Under the pieces are notes generated by a model that was given only the letters and a program-made list of their open reading frames with translations, made no database searches and was not told where the DNA came from. The translations under genes and the position numbers were made by a program. 33,100 nt of DNA from Psammoneis japonica (lineage: Eukaryota). Each line of letters opens with the position of its first letter. The first letter of the stretch is position 1. Shown here in pieces: positions 21,476 through 33,100 of the stretch. The stretch spans positions 28,013 through 61,112 of the forward strand of contig QPGO01000231.1 of the NCBI GenBank assembly GCA_008632985.1. Direction: 5' to 3'.

Positions 21476-23810
21476 TCAGGAAATCCGACTGACTTTCTTC
21501 CAGCAAATTCCTTGTCCCTCTTCCTTTGAGCGCAGCATTGAACGATAGATGTCCATCCAAAACTCTTTAACTTCTGCGCTCTCAAAAGATACTCTCCCCC
21601 TGTATTCCGCATACCGATTGCGTGCGCCCACGGGCATCATTACGCAAGAGTCAAGATGCTCTAGGCAAAGAACGCATGCGTCTCTCAACACCGCATTTCG
21701 ATCTTCTGGAAAGCAGAAAGACCCACTAGCACCAAAGTGGTCGTATTTACTGCAAAAAAGGCACCTCAATCCAACTTGGCCCACAAAATGAGGAGATACT
21801 GGAGAAAACCGAGGTTCAGTCGATAATACTCCTTGCATATGAAGCCCTCTTGCCTGTTGGAGTTCGAACTCGTCCACCTCAAATAGCTCGATCGCGTAAT
21901 CTAACAGATCAACAAGTTGTCGAATGGTATAACCAAGCGAGGAACAAGTGTTGGCATCTACTCTTCCTACTAACTCGCCGTCGTCTTTTCTGCGCCACAT
22001 TGAGGGGCACAATGCATGTTGCTCATTGCGAGGAACGTACTCAACATGCGAGTAGACGCCATGGCGGTGAAGATTCCGCCAAGACCTGGTGCCACCGCGA
22101 CAACAGGATCTACAGCACTTTGAGCCATTGCACTGCTTTGCAAGATAACTTCTCTCCTTGGCATCACGTAAAGTAACCGGGACCCACGACATTTGATGAG
22201 AACGGTGCGCCATTTCAGTGTTAAGACCTTTCCGAGAAACCGCTTTTCGACAACCAAGCACGCACTGCCTACCGCGGGTGACTTTGGGCTCTTCTCAAGC
22301 ATCAAAGCACGCATGAGCTCAAGTCCATTATCAAATCCGTATGTCAGATCGTAATTGAGTCCTTTTACCAAACACATGGACACAGTCTCGCTTACACTCT
22401 CTTCAAGATCGCGTAAACGATTCATTTCATAGGTCAAGATACACAATCCGCCAACGTCGCGAAACATGAACCGCGAAGAAAGAGCTCGTTGAAGACATGG
22501 TATAATGGAATACAGTTTCGAGATCGACGCGCGAAGCACGCCAAATGACACGTTGTCTTTGATGCCCGTTCTAGATTGACGTTGAATCTTTTCATGCTGA
22601 TAAAGAAAAGCGACGATTTCGTTGTAATCCAGCGATTCGGTTTCCCTGGTGATATCATCCCCCGCGGAAGCACCAGCCTTTACCCTCCCGTCGTTGCATA
22701 CGCCAATCGCCAACCTATTGTTTCTCTTGACAGCTGCCATATGTTCTTCGTTTTTGTCTGTCATGTATGACATGAAGATGGACCTCGAAATCGCGATCGC
22801 AATCCAAGGGTGGTTCCCAACAATTGGGCACCAAGCAGCATTCCCCAAGGCGATTACTGCGTGTCTGATAATTATAGAACGTGCTCCGCATGCTTCGATT
22901 CGTTGTCCCTTCTCTTCGGGAGTCTCGTAGTTCTTCGAGTCCTTGACAACTCCTCGTCGTGGTCGTTTCTTGGGAACAATCCCATTCTTTGTCTTTGAAT
23001 GAGATCCATTTCGTTGAGAAGCTGTCGACGACTCTGCTTGTTCCATTTGTCCCAATCTGTCAGCTATCCATACCAAGGTTTGAGCGTACACGCACCACAT
23101 TCCTGCCACGCACGTCCTTGCCGAATCGAGTGATTCCAACACTTGCTCGTATCCCTCGTTGCATGGTTGGATACTTTGGATGAGGTTGGCTCTCTTGGAA
23201 ATTTCAGAATACCCCGATAGCAATGAGTCAATGCAAACTTTGATAGCCGAGCGATACATACCGGCATTCACCTTTGCTCGTGCAAGACACTGATCCACAC
23301 TAAAGCTATAAATTGACGTGCTCGGCAGTACTAGGTCGGGGGGTGTCAAGGTCGGTTCCAGTCTTGGAGACACTTTTGCATTTCTGCATATTTGAATCTT
23401 TGGCCGTGGCGGGTTGTTACTGTGTTGTACATTGGCTTGATTGACGTGCACGCAGTCACCACCGTAACAAGCATCACCAATCCGTTTTCTTTTTCTGTCT
23501 CTGCGTTGCGTTGGATCCTGCGTTGCGTTGGATCCATGCTTGAAATGCGGTTCCTATTACGAGACCTCCTATCTCTCCGCTGCTTGCGTGCCAGAGCTTT
23601 ATTGTTGAAATCTAGCTTTGAAATTATCATTCGACGAAGGCATGTCAATCCAGTCGCATATGGCATAGTAGTTTCGATGCAATCATCATTGTCAGTCTCC
23701 GAACTATCGCTGGATTCCATTGATTCGTCCTTGTCGTTACCACGGGAGAGTATCGTAGGAGGCACTTTTCTTGGGCGTTGAGTTGGTGAGTAGCAATGGC
23801 AGTTGATCAA
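21476..23810 (-). pseudogene. Large protein with a C-terminal diatom-type 'GQVGxRCxxC...GSxxFP...HL..C..MP' domain, broken by two frameshifts
   Basis: Three overlapping minus ORFs (23346-23810, 21970-23451, 21476-22261). The last contains IELFEV...VGQVGLRCLFCS...GSFCFP...EHLDSCVMMP...EFW. Frame switches near 23480 and 22260 have no intron-sized GT-AG gap. Could be an intact gene with assembly indels. Confidence 0.65.
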
Positions 23811-24989
23811 GAATGAGGCTTCCGAAGTCGGTTAGCGGCTCAACTCTGATGAGGAATGAGGATATGAGGATTGCGCCGCCTTTTTTTTTATTGTTTCAGA
23901 AAATAGAAATAAGGCAGGTCCTACGCTTGAAGCTGTAAGATGATAATTCCATGGAATAGTCTTTCGACTCGTTGTCGCGTTTTACTATTGTATATGTCGC
24001 TTGTTAGCGATTTGAGAAGATACTGTAACCAGAAGATGACACGGCTTACTGTCAGCGACCTTCAGCGACGCCATCATATCTTTTTTTTTGCGATTTTCGC
24101 ACCGCCTTCAGAGCGTTATCAAAAGCTTCAAGGATGTAGATCTAGATATATATCGAAAGATCTACAGTACAACATTTTTTTCGAGAATTCCGGATTCCGT
24201 CCACACGCCAGACGAGCTTCATGCCAATCGACCATGGCGACACCGCCAAGCAAGCGGCAACGGCGCACAGCACTGTAAGAAACAGCGGCAACAATAAATA
24301 CGGTGATTCAATCACGACCGAGTGTAAGAAATATGGCAACGCCTGGTTAAGCTCTACCCCAGCAGTGGAGCACGTATCCTCCCGTGGCACCCATCATGGT
24401 TCCTCAGCCTGCTTTTCGAGTTATCGAGTTATGCCGGGGGCCGGGGCACATACATGCCAATACCTCCTCCTTATCCGCGGCCGCCACAACAGCAACAACC
24501 ACAGCAGCTTCAGATGACATCAAAATCACACCTTCCATAAGAGAAACGAAGCAGCTCCACCAAGAGCAAGCGACGCAGATCTTCGGTGGTGTCACCCACT
24601 GATACCACGGACGGACAACCTACAACCGAGCGACGAGCCGCGGTAACCAAGAGGAAGTGGGGTCGACAGAAAGTAAACGTCCTCGACTGTGGATGTACAG
24701 ACAAAACGACAACGGCTAGGCAGGATTGACGAACGACTTTCCCAATTGCTGGATTTACCACAGTTCCCTCTAAATCATACAAACCCTCGACCGAGTGTAT
24801 TCCCAACGGTGCCGAATTGTACAAGTGGAGTGAGTTGTAGGAGCCACTACCCGATACCTTTTCCTTGATGTACTATGCGAGGCTTTTGGGATTTGATGTT
24901 CCTCCCGTGGCTCCCAAGCAAGTTTTGGAACTCGACCCGGACACGGCACAGCTCGTTCAAGACAAGGTCCACCAAGTTCCGTAACCGAG

Positions 24990-25670
24990 TCGTCAAGCCT
25001 GGTACGATCGGTGTGTTCGCAGCAGTCACAATCTCTCTAGCGAGGACAATGCTGATTCAAACAATGATGACACCACGGACCGCTTGTTGGATTATCTGGA
25101 TCCTGTCTATCGTGAGATTTGCACATCATCTGAGCTGTCACGTTTGACACCGGCATCCGCGGGTTCGCATGGCAACATCAAATACTTTGGCCGGGACAAG
25201 GATGGTCAAACCCTCGCTAAGCAACTAGAATGGTGTGTACCAGCGGTATCCACACGAAACTCTCCGCTCCCAGTCCGTTGCGAGCTTTGCCTAAGAAAGC
25301 AAGGAGGCTTTTACCGTACATCCACAGTAAAGCCAGACGCAGGTGACAACAGTGACGCAGTCGATGCCAAGTGGATTCACGTGCTCTGCGCAAAACGGCA
25401 GGGCTTGGGCTTCGTTAATACTGAGGACAAACTCGTGGAGAGTGTGAAATGGTTTCGCGAAACGTTCCGCTATTTGTCTCTGAGGCCGAAATGTACTTGA
25501 TGCCTCAGCAAACGTGGTGCATTCAATCATTGCCGAGTTGGGAGTTGCTCAAAGTGGCTACATGCTAGGCTTGCGCAAGAGCCATGGGCCTGTGTACGGT
25601 GACACACGGCGAAAACGCGAGTGGACCCGTCGAGAACAAGCCCTGGACTCTCTGTTGTCCGGCTCAGAAA
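24990..25670 (+). pseudogene. Zinc-knuckle/extended PHD (PZP-type, BRPF/JADE/AF10-like) chromatin-reader gene fragment
   Basis: CELC...GGFYRT...KWIHVLCA...GL...KCT*C..KRGA..HC....CSKWLH, then after a frameshift CARAMGL...WTLCCP. In-frame TGA at 25498-25500. Decayed coding-like sequence probably extends on both sides (~24230-26840). Confidence 0.78.
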
Positions 25671-25724
25671 TTGATCATGATGATGCCCCGCCTGGAAAGA
25701 CAACAGAAGAGCAGCTCATTCGAG

Positions 25725-25775
25725 CTGCGCAAGAGCTACCAGCTGAAATGACCTGCGCAAGAGCTACCAGCTGAA
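25725..25775 (+). repeat. 23-nt direct repeat separated by 5 nt
   Basis: ctgcgcaagagctaccagctgaa-atgac-ctgcgcaagagctaccagctgaa. Confidence 0.9.
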
Positions 25776-27120
25776 CTGGATCCCCCGCCGCATCCGCCAA
25801 AGTTCAAAAAAAAAAGACTGATAATGAATGAAAGCGATTCCTTGCAGATCCGCATTGCGAGAGAGGATTTCTCGAGAGCCTCTTGGTGGAGAAATTGCCA
25901 TGGAGTTCGATGCACCACTGCCACAGGTCGAGATTGATTTCTTTGCTGAATGGCGTAAGTTTTCTTTGTTGTAGTTCCGTTGTTGTCGACATGCTCTGAC
26001 AATTGTAATGTTTTCTCTACTTCTTTAAGTTGGTCGCGCCTATCGGTCTAAAACCAGATTGCTGGGCTCAGTGACAACAAGATCCCGGTCTCTCTTATAG
26101 TGGAGGCTGTATCCATATGAGCAATAAAAACACCAATATATGAACTCGGAAGCCGCCCATTGAAACAGGATCTGTCCGAAGGAGACGTGTTTGAAAAATC
26201 TGCGTCCGAGGCCGACGACTTCCGAGCTCGAAAATGCGAAAGTGTTAGGTGACGCGGTCGAGGAATTGAATTCCAATGCAGAAGCAACACTTGATGTTGA
26301 AAAAGAGCCAGTGGCTAAGTCATCTGAGAAAGGATTAGACGCCGCGGGTGCGATGTGGAGTCTCAATACGGAGCCGGCAGTGACCCGACGCAAAGAGAAG
26401 GAGGCTGCGGAGATGAATGACGATGTTGACAAAGAAGTCCCCCCGGAAAATGTTGGGAAGTGGATGAGCAGATTGCTATTTACTGTGTGACAATGTGCTT
26501 GGTAGCCTAGACTGCATGGGAGATTTTGATCCTAAAAATTGCGCAAGGATGACGGGTGATAGTAATCCGATCCCCACAGTGCTTGGCATATGCCCCCGGC
26601 ACTGTCGAGTACGCACGGAAGTGAATGCGTCGTTACACCAGCCTGTGAGGCTACTCTTCAATCATTGGGGCGGAGAATGAACGAGTGGTCTTATCCCATC
26701 GATATTTTCGATCAAGAATTCGTTTCATTGTCAGATCCTTTAACAAATTTGCAGCGGGAGCAAGGACGAGAATCCTCTATACTGAGTGGTGTCATTGTAG
26801 AGAAGAGCTTCAAAGTAGATAATATACATTATGAATAAATCCAGCATTAGTCTCGGCCTCTGATTGTTTCACCTGGAGAGCCTACTACGAGGAACCAAAT
26901 GCAAACGTGCCCAGCCTCCCGTCAAAACTTGAAAAGCGTGACTGACTGCCGGCTTTTCTACAGGCTTCTCCAGTACAGTTTCTACGCATTCACGAATGGT
27001 GTCAGCCGCAACAACGAGCGACCGTGTCTCGCTCACCACAAACCACACAAAAATCCAACTTTGTTGAATTGAAACACACTCTTACCAATCTCTATCTTTA
27101 TTGATACTATTACCCCCATT

Positions 27121-29125
27121 ATGATTGCATATATTGCACTAATCATACTCTTTATGAATCTCCTGCTACGTGTATTGCACGGTAAGCAGAACCACGGCCG
27201 AATCATCAGCGGTTTCCTTTGGAATTCGTGCGTTGCTGTGAACGAGATTCGATGCACGATTCACGTTGTCGTGTCCTTTGTCCTTGCGGTCTGTAAAGTT
27301 CTCCTCACTTTATATGCTGTGATATTCATATACTTGGTGTTGAAGTCAATTGGCAGTTATGTCTATTACTTGTTCCGCCGAATTATGGACATTGACGACC
27401 TGACGACTCTTCTTTATGATCGAGCGTGCGATGCTGTTGCGGCTATTCTTGCGGTTGCAGTGGTTGTATGGACCATGTATTATGCCGTATACGTTCCCTT
27501 GCGATTTGTGTCCCCATGGCTGCTACTCTTGAAGCGTAAGCTATTTTGTCGCGGTCGGATCAGATGGAGACCGGACAGAATGCTGCTTCGAGACGTTTAC
27601 GTTGGTGACGCTCCTCCAGTCCCAACCGGTGTGGTTGCTCCACGAGGACTTCGGATCCCTCGATACACTCGTGTAATACCCGTATTGGATAAACAACGAT
27701 TGGCTGCAGCTCTGCGTGAGTTTGAATGGAAGCAGTGACCAATGCATTCGTGAATGTCAATCGCACCCAAGATATGATCACTGGCGTGGATGGGAACTGA
27801 CTCCAGCGGCCATTGAACCAGCTGATGCCATGGGCAACAATCCTACTGTGGTGGAGGATGTAGCTCCTGAAGCTGATGATACTGTTGATCCTTGGGATGC
27901 CTTGAACGAGCCTGCTGTGGATGTTGACGATGCTCCAGTCGATGTGGAGGTGGGCGTTCCTGTTGCCGTAGTAAAGGAACCTGTGGCTGAAGCATTAGAC
28001 GATTCTGCAGTAGCTGTTGACGACGCCAAGCGCAAAGTATGTGGTAGCGGTCGGATCAGATGGAGACCGGACCGAATGCTTGTTCAGGGCATTGACGTTG
28101 GTGACTCTCCTCCAGTCCCAACCGGCGTGGTTGCTCCAAAAGTTGTTCGACATCCAAAGTATACGACAAAGATTCCAGTGCTATCGGGTCAGAGGTTGAA
28201 CTTTGCTTTGAGACGAATCGACGAGAAGCATGACAAGCTGGCTCGGCAGTATCGTCAGCGGCATTTAGAGTGGCTGCCGGATGAAGACCTGATAAAGAAT
28301 ATCTTTGTCGGTGACCTTCCTCCAATCCCAACCGGCGTGGTTGCTAAACCTGTTCTTCGACGTCCACGTTACACTCGAGTTATTCCCCTCCTGAATGATC
28401 AGCAGTTGACTGCGGCGCTGCTTGAGTTTGACTTGGAACAAAACCTATACATTCATGGATGTCGAGCTCACCCAAGATATGATCATTGGCGAGGATGGGT
28501 ACGGACTCCAGCGGCAATTGAACCGGTCGAGGCCATTTTCGGAGTTGCAGTGGTTGAGGAACCCATTGCTGATCCTGCTATTGCTGTTGATGATGATCCT
28601 GTCACCGAGGAGGAAGTTGTTCCTGTGGATGTAGTCGTTGAAGGGCGTGAGGAGCCAGACGATGCTTTGGATGCTCCACCAGACGAGGAAGTACCGATGG
28701 ACGATTCAGAGGATCCTGTGGGCGTCGGGTTACTGCAACACGACCTTGTTCCAGCAGGAGAGGGTGAAGAGGAACCCTTGGGGGAAGTCGTTCCGGCAGC
28801 TGACGAGGAGCCTGATGATGCCTTGAATGATCCACCAGATGTGGAACAACCGATGGACGATTCGGAGGAACCTGTGGACGACGGGTTTGTGCAACATGAC
28901 ATTATGCCAGAAGGAGAGGATCAAGACGTGGAGAACGCGGAGTTGCCAGACGAAAACGTCGATCCGGTGGACATTGTTGTTGTTGCAAGAAACGAGGAGA
29001 AAGTAGCCCGTCCTGTCTCTTTGAGACGCTCGCCTAGGCTCGGTGGAGTAACGGGCAGCGTCTTCCTTTCGTCTAATACTGGGCGTGTCGTGCGTAGATC
29101 CGCAAGGATCATGAGTCGCCGCTAG
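27121..29125 (+). CDS. Orphan protein: N-terminal hydrophobic helices, three ~55-aa repeats, acidic linker, C-terminal RRSxR motifs; one frameshift at ~27736
   Basis: ORFs 27121-27738 and 27716-29125 join if one extra T after AAGCAG is removed. Repeat 1 then reads EFEWKQ-DQCIRECQSHPRYDHWRGW, matching repeat 3 EFDLEQNLYIHGCRAHPRYDHWRGW. Confidence 0.7.
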
Positions 29126-29896
29126 ATTCATTAACTGCTTGTTTTGTACTGTTGGACATCGTGCATGCATGGGGGCATCTCTTGGTTCCATTTCACGGTA
29201 CAATGCAGCTTTTGTGCGCATCAAAGACTCGCCAACATTGCACGAGTATGTCGTGCAATTCAAATACCATGGGGTGCGCTCGTTGTGCTACGCTACATTC
29301 GAATGCACCCCCAATGTAAGTCGATTTCGTGTCTATTTTGCTTTTCATTCGAGATTTGTTTACTGACATTGCTTTTCATCTTCATTTTGTCGACAAAGAA
29401 ATACACCCTCACACCGGTTCGACCACCCAACTTGAACGATGCGGCAGTCAGTCTTTGTTGAAATACCAAGGTTCAAGTAACAGTGGGTCCCGCCCCGCGA
29501 CTTATGTTTTCCGGAACAAAATGTGTACCAGGCATGATTGGTGCTTCAACGATATGACGACTCTGTTTGTATTTGCTCGAGACCCGCGGTAGTCAATGAA
29601 CCAAGCCCTTACTTATTTCGGACGCGGAGAATGAATTGTGGAAGAATGAAAGAATAAGGTAAGTATTGGCGTCACAGAATGGTTCTGTCTATGCGCCAGG
29701 AAGGATAGCGGCTCCTCTCTATGGTAACAAACGATGGAAAGCATCCTGTTGCGTCTAGAATAAATATAGAACTTTGTTATTCATGTAGCTTTTCAATCTT
29801 CTCGTTCAAATGGATCCCCATACAATCTTGTTGTTGCCAAACATAACCATTGCTAGGAGGCTTGATCCACACTCTGCATCGCGGTTTTTTGCTATG

Positions 29897-30185
29897 GCCC
29901 GTTGCCGATTGGCGTCAAGTTGTAGCCATGGAAATCGAATTCAGGGAGAGAAGCCTATAGAGTAGGATCAATACATACCGGGCTAGTACATGCAGTGTCA
30001 TGCTAAAGTTCTATTTTGTAGTTCAGAATATATTTTGTGTTCTCTACGGCCTGTTCCCGATTGGCGTCAAGGAAGCGATCGGCCCTAGTAGTAGTAGCCC
30101 GCGAAACCAAACCGAAGGAGAGAAGCCTAGAGAGTAGGATGAAATACATACCGGTGGGGCTAGTTCATGCAGCGTAATGCTTAAG
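29897..30185 (+). repeat. Diverged tandem duplication (~115-140 nt units)
   Basis: ccgattggcgtcaag...ggagagaagccta(t/g)agagtaggat..aatacataccgg...gctagt(a/t)catgcag occurs at ~29897-30009 and ~30048-30185. Confidence 0.85.
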
Positions 30186-30689
30186 AAGTGGTAGTTTTAA
30201 TCGTTTGTTTTACTGCTTGGCTTCGGGCATTTATCTCTGAACGATGGTGATGCGACCTCCCAAACTCAGAGCAATGCAATGTATCTTGGAACGAATCTGT
30301 TTGTATCCAGCCAACTTGCGGTCGTTGTCATCCTTCTTCCTATTAACAGCGGCGTCTTCACCAAAATCACTACCAAAAACAACAATAGCACGCTTGTGTT
30401 AGTTCACGGTTTAAAGACTACGAAACTCGAGCTCTATCAGCAAATAGACATGATACACCACTGCGCTAAAGTACGCCTAAGGATTGATTCCACACGGGTA
30501 CGCACCCGTGCTTGCAATAGTGCTGCATACGTCGCAAGGTACCTTGTCGGTGCCAACAGTTTCGCGAGAAGTTTCTTTCTCCCGGTAGTGACAGTCACTG
30601 CTCGTGAAAAAGCGTGTTACAGTACGCAGTATTCAACACGAAACCGCGCCGGGAAACAATCGGAAAGCGCGAATCGAGAACAAGCACTG

Positions 30690-32075
30690 TCTTACTTGCG
30701 TAGAGATTGGCGGCAAGGAAGTTCACCGTTTCCGAAGTGTCGTGCGGAGTGAGGCAACGCATGTGGTCGACTCGACAACGCGTCCTTGAGTAAAGCCTTG
30801 GATTCCAACAGCGCACGGCAATAGTGTAATGCGTTCTGAACAATCAGTCACGGCGGGACGCTGAGCTGAAGCGCTGACCTCGGCCATTTTGACTACACCA
30901 CACATGATAAGCAGCGTATCGGACGTCATTTTCGTAATCACCAATGGGTCCACTAGAGGCAGATCCGCAGCCCTCAAACACAAAAAGAAGCTAGAACGGT
31001 TCACAAGACATCTTGCGCAAATGATCTCATTATCTGACTCGTCCGGAAGAACGGCTTCGGAGTAGACGGTCTGGGTTGCATAAGTACCGTCGGCCAACAC
31101 AACGTTCTTGGTAATCATTTTGGGAGCCTCTCCTTCTTCGTGCTTCCCTTCATGGTTGTCTTCCTTGGCAATCAAGAATAGGGTCGGACTTAACTGTTCC
31201 CAAAATAGTTTCAAAGGTCACCACTATGGTTTCCTCCGTATCCGATTTTTCACCAAAGATCGAGAGGCATACCGGTACGCACAGAACGTTGCTAGAAGAA
31301 ATGTCCTCATCGGCACCCAACAACTTGGGCAAGATGGATCCTGGCAGTGCGGGGTACTGTTTGACAGTGGCTCGTGACAAAATAGCAACCTACATGCCAC
31401 CATCAGTGTCCAAAAAGTCCATAAAGGTAAAAACAACCGACTCGGCAACATCAGCATGTTCCGGTAGGCCATGCCTTAAGCTTCCGCCATGGTGAAGTCC
31501 TGATGTTTGAGCCGTCTTAGCAATCTCGCGCTTGAGCGTCGATACCACATCAGCGATATTACGAGGGGTGACAATGTCCATTACAACATCGAGGACCTTC
31601 TTGCAGATATCAGCGCTTGGGGACCTAAGAGCACGAGGAATGTCCATGAGCAGCTCCCGCAAGATCTTGCAATGACGAGTCTTGAGGTCTCCCCCAATCG
31701 CTCAAGAACAATAAGCATGATATTTTGTCATTCTTGCTATTCAGAAAGTTCGTAAACGTGACAGCGGCAGCCTGAGTGGTAGTGGGCGCCAAAGAAAGCG
31801 ATACTAGAGTCCAAACTGCCTCGTAGGACACGGCAGCAGACGTGCTGGAAAGCATCTAACACAAGACCCGGACAAATCGTGACTTTCGGGTAGGATCACG
31901 ATGACACATCTTACAAGTTAGTTCCAGAACAAGCAAGGCGAATCAATCTCCGCAGCCCTATTTGCCAACGTCGTCCATGTTTTGGGCCAAGAACTGAATG
32001 GCCAAATTCTCCGACTGACTGAAAAGCACGAGAAAAGCGTTTCTCCTCGCAGCCATTTCTGCTTCGAATGCTTGG
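30690..32075 (-). pseudogene. COPB1: Coatomer subunit beta (beta-COP) fragment with stops, frameshifts and a large internal deletion
   Basis: ARRNAFLVLF..SENLAIQFL; LLVLELTCKMCHRDP..KSRFVR; AAVSYEAVWTLVSLSLAPT; MDIPRALRSPSADICKKVLD...TPRNI; VVLADGTYATQT; DCSERITL; then a jump to C-terminal MRCLT...FLAANLYA followed by a GTAAGA donor site. Confidence 0.9.
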
Positions 32076-32079
32076 AAAC

Positions 32080-33100
32080 GACGGCATTTTCTTTTTCAAA
32101 CCCAATTCGATTTCCATGTCTTCCTTTTCGTCGCAAGCGTCGGCATTTAAAATCAAAATTTGGAGTTTGACTGGGGCAGGACCAGAGCTAGTAGCGAGAG
32201 CCTTCAAAATACCACATGTGCACATTATAGACGGTCTGAAAGCAGGAGAGGGGAGATCAACGACAACGAACGGACAGATTCTATGATAAGGTCGGCATGC
32301 TCATCGAATCGGTACCTTGGAACACGAAAGAACTGTCTGGTAAGGACGCAATCCGGAGGACACAGTCGATGGCGCCGTTTTCTGTGGCCTCGGCCGGCAC
32401 ATCCCTCAAGCATCTCGCTGTTGGACTTCAGGATTCTCGAACAGTTTCAAGAATGTTGGCAAGAGCAGCCAATGCGTGATAAAGTTCGATCCGAATGTCC
32501 AGCTCTGCGGAAACACGGGAGCCTTCGTTCCTCGGTTCGCGTGAAGTTACGCGGGTCCGCGTGTCATGTGTCATCCAGATCTTCCACATCCTTGCACAGG
32601 ACCACAGAGCTATCGCCTTGGCAGCTTTGTCTCTGCAAAGATGCAACATAGCGTTTCTTACAGGGTGAAAGTCTTACTAAATAGCCTGTATATACAAGCT
32701 AGCCTCAACGGCCCACGGCTGCGTGATTCCGCAATCGATGCGAAAGATGGAATTGCCGATAAATTGATTTTTTTCCCTTACTGCGTCGACGAGCATTGGA
32801 AATGTGTGTTAAACACGAGAATAATTGAAAGGGGAGGCAGTCTGAAGAATCTTCAACAACGCAGCAGCACTCACGAGATGCTGTAACGTCGTCAATTGAA
32901 CTTGCATCTTTTGTGACTTCGTATCTTCACCTGACAGCACAGCTCAGCATCATACTGTATACCGCAACCCCTCCTTTTCTGCATCAAGAATGAGGACTTT
33001 GTATTCTGCCATTTCCCACGTGTTACTATTGACTTTATTAGACTGCCATGAACGATCGCAACCTCTCTCGTCAAGTGGATAATGCTGTTAGGAGTTGAAA
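32080..33100 (-). pseudogene. Unidentified decayed helical-repeat-like gene fragment abutting the beta-COP fragment
   Basis: Amphipathic segments ELYHALAALANILETV, ENGAIDCVLRIA and GILKALA...VKLQIL, with stops and frameshifts. They do not read like the beta-COP N-terminus. Confidence 0.3.

Noticed and set aside
30279..30752. 157-aa plus-strand ORF
   Set aside because: No motifs; its 3' part is antisense to the beta-COP remnant and intron, so probably incidental.

Overview
Eukaryotic nuclear DNA, most likely a diatom (GT-AG introns, a diatom-type 'GQVGxRCxxC' domain, no operon structure), in two compositional compartments. (1) About 1-8255 is a hypermutated block in which CpG and, even more completely, TpA are erased and replaced by TpG/CpA. 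A manual count gave about 26 TA dinucleotides in 8.2 kb, 18 of them in a YTAR context. The block holds a 5'-truncated non-LTR retrotransposon (RT plus restriction-like endonuclease) whose conserved motifs are restored by reversing CG>TG/CA and TA>TG/CA. It also holds a ~0.85-kb paralogue of the unmutated segment at ~18250-19010, which gives the direction of the changes. (2) About 8255-33100 has ordinary composition. It is a patchwork of broken gene copies (VPS13, coatomer beta, an extended-PHD protein, a diatom-domain protein), two frameshifted orphan genes, one apparently intact three-exon inositol polyphosphate 5-phosphatase gene bracketed by direct repeats, and a family of 37-nt hairpin repeats. 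The main candidate novelty is a domain-restricted, double-stranded TpA>TpG/CpA (A:T>G:C) mutational process, opposite in polarity to fungal RIP, acting alongside CpG decay. All counts and alignments were done by eye and need computational confirmation, including exclusion of a base-calling artefact.
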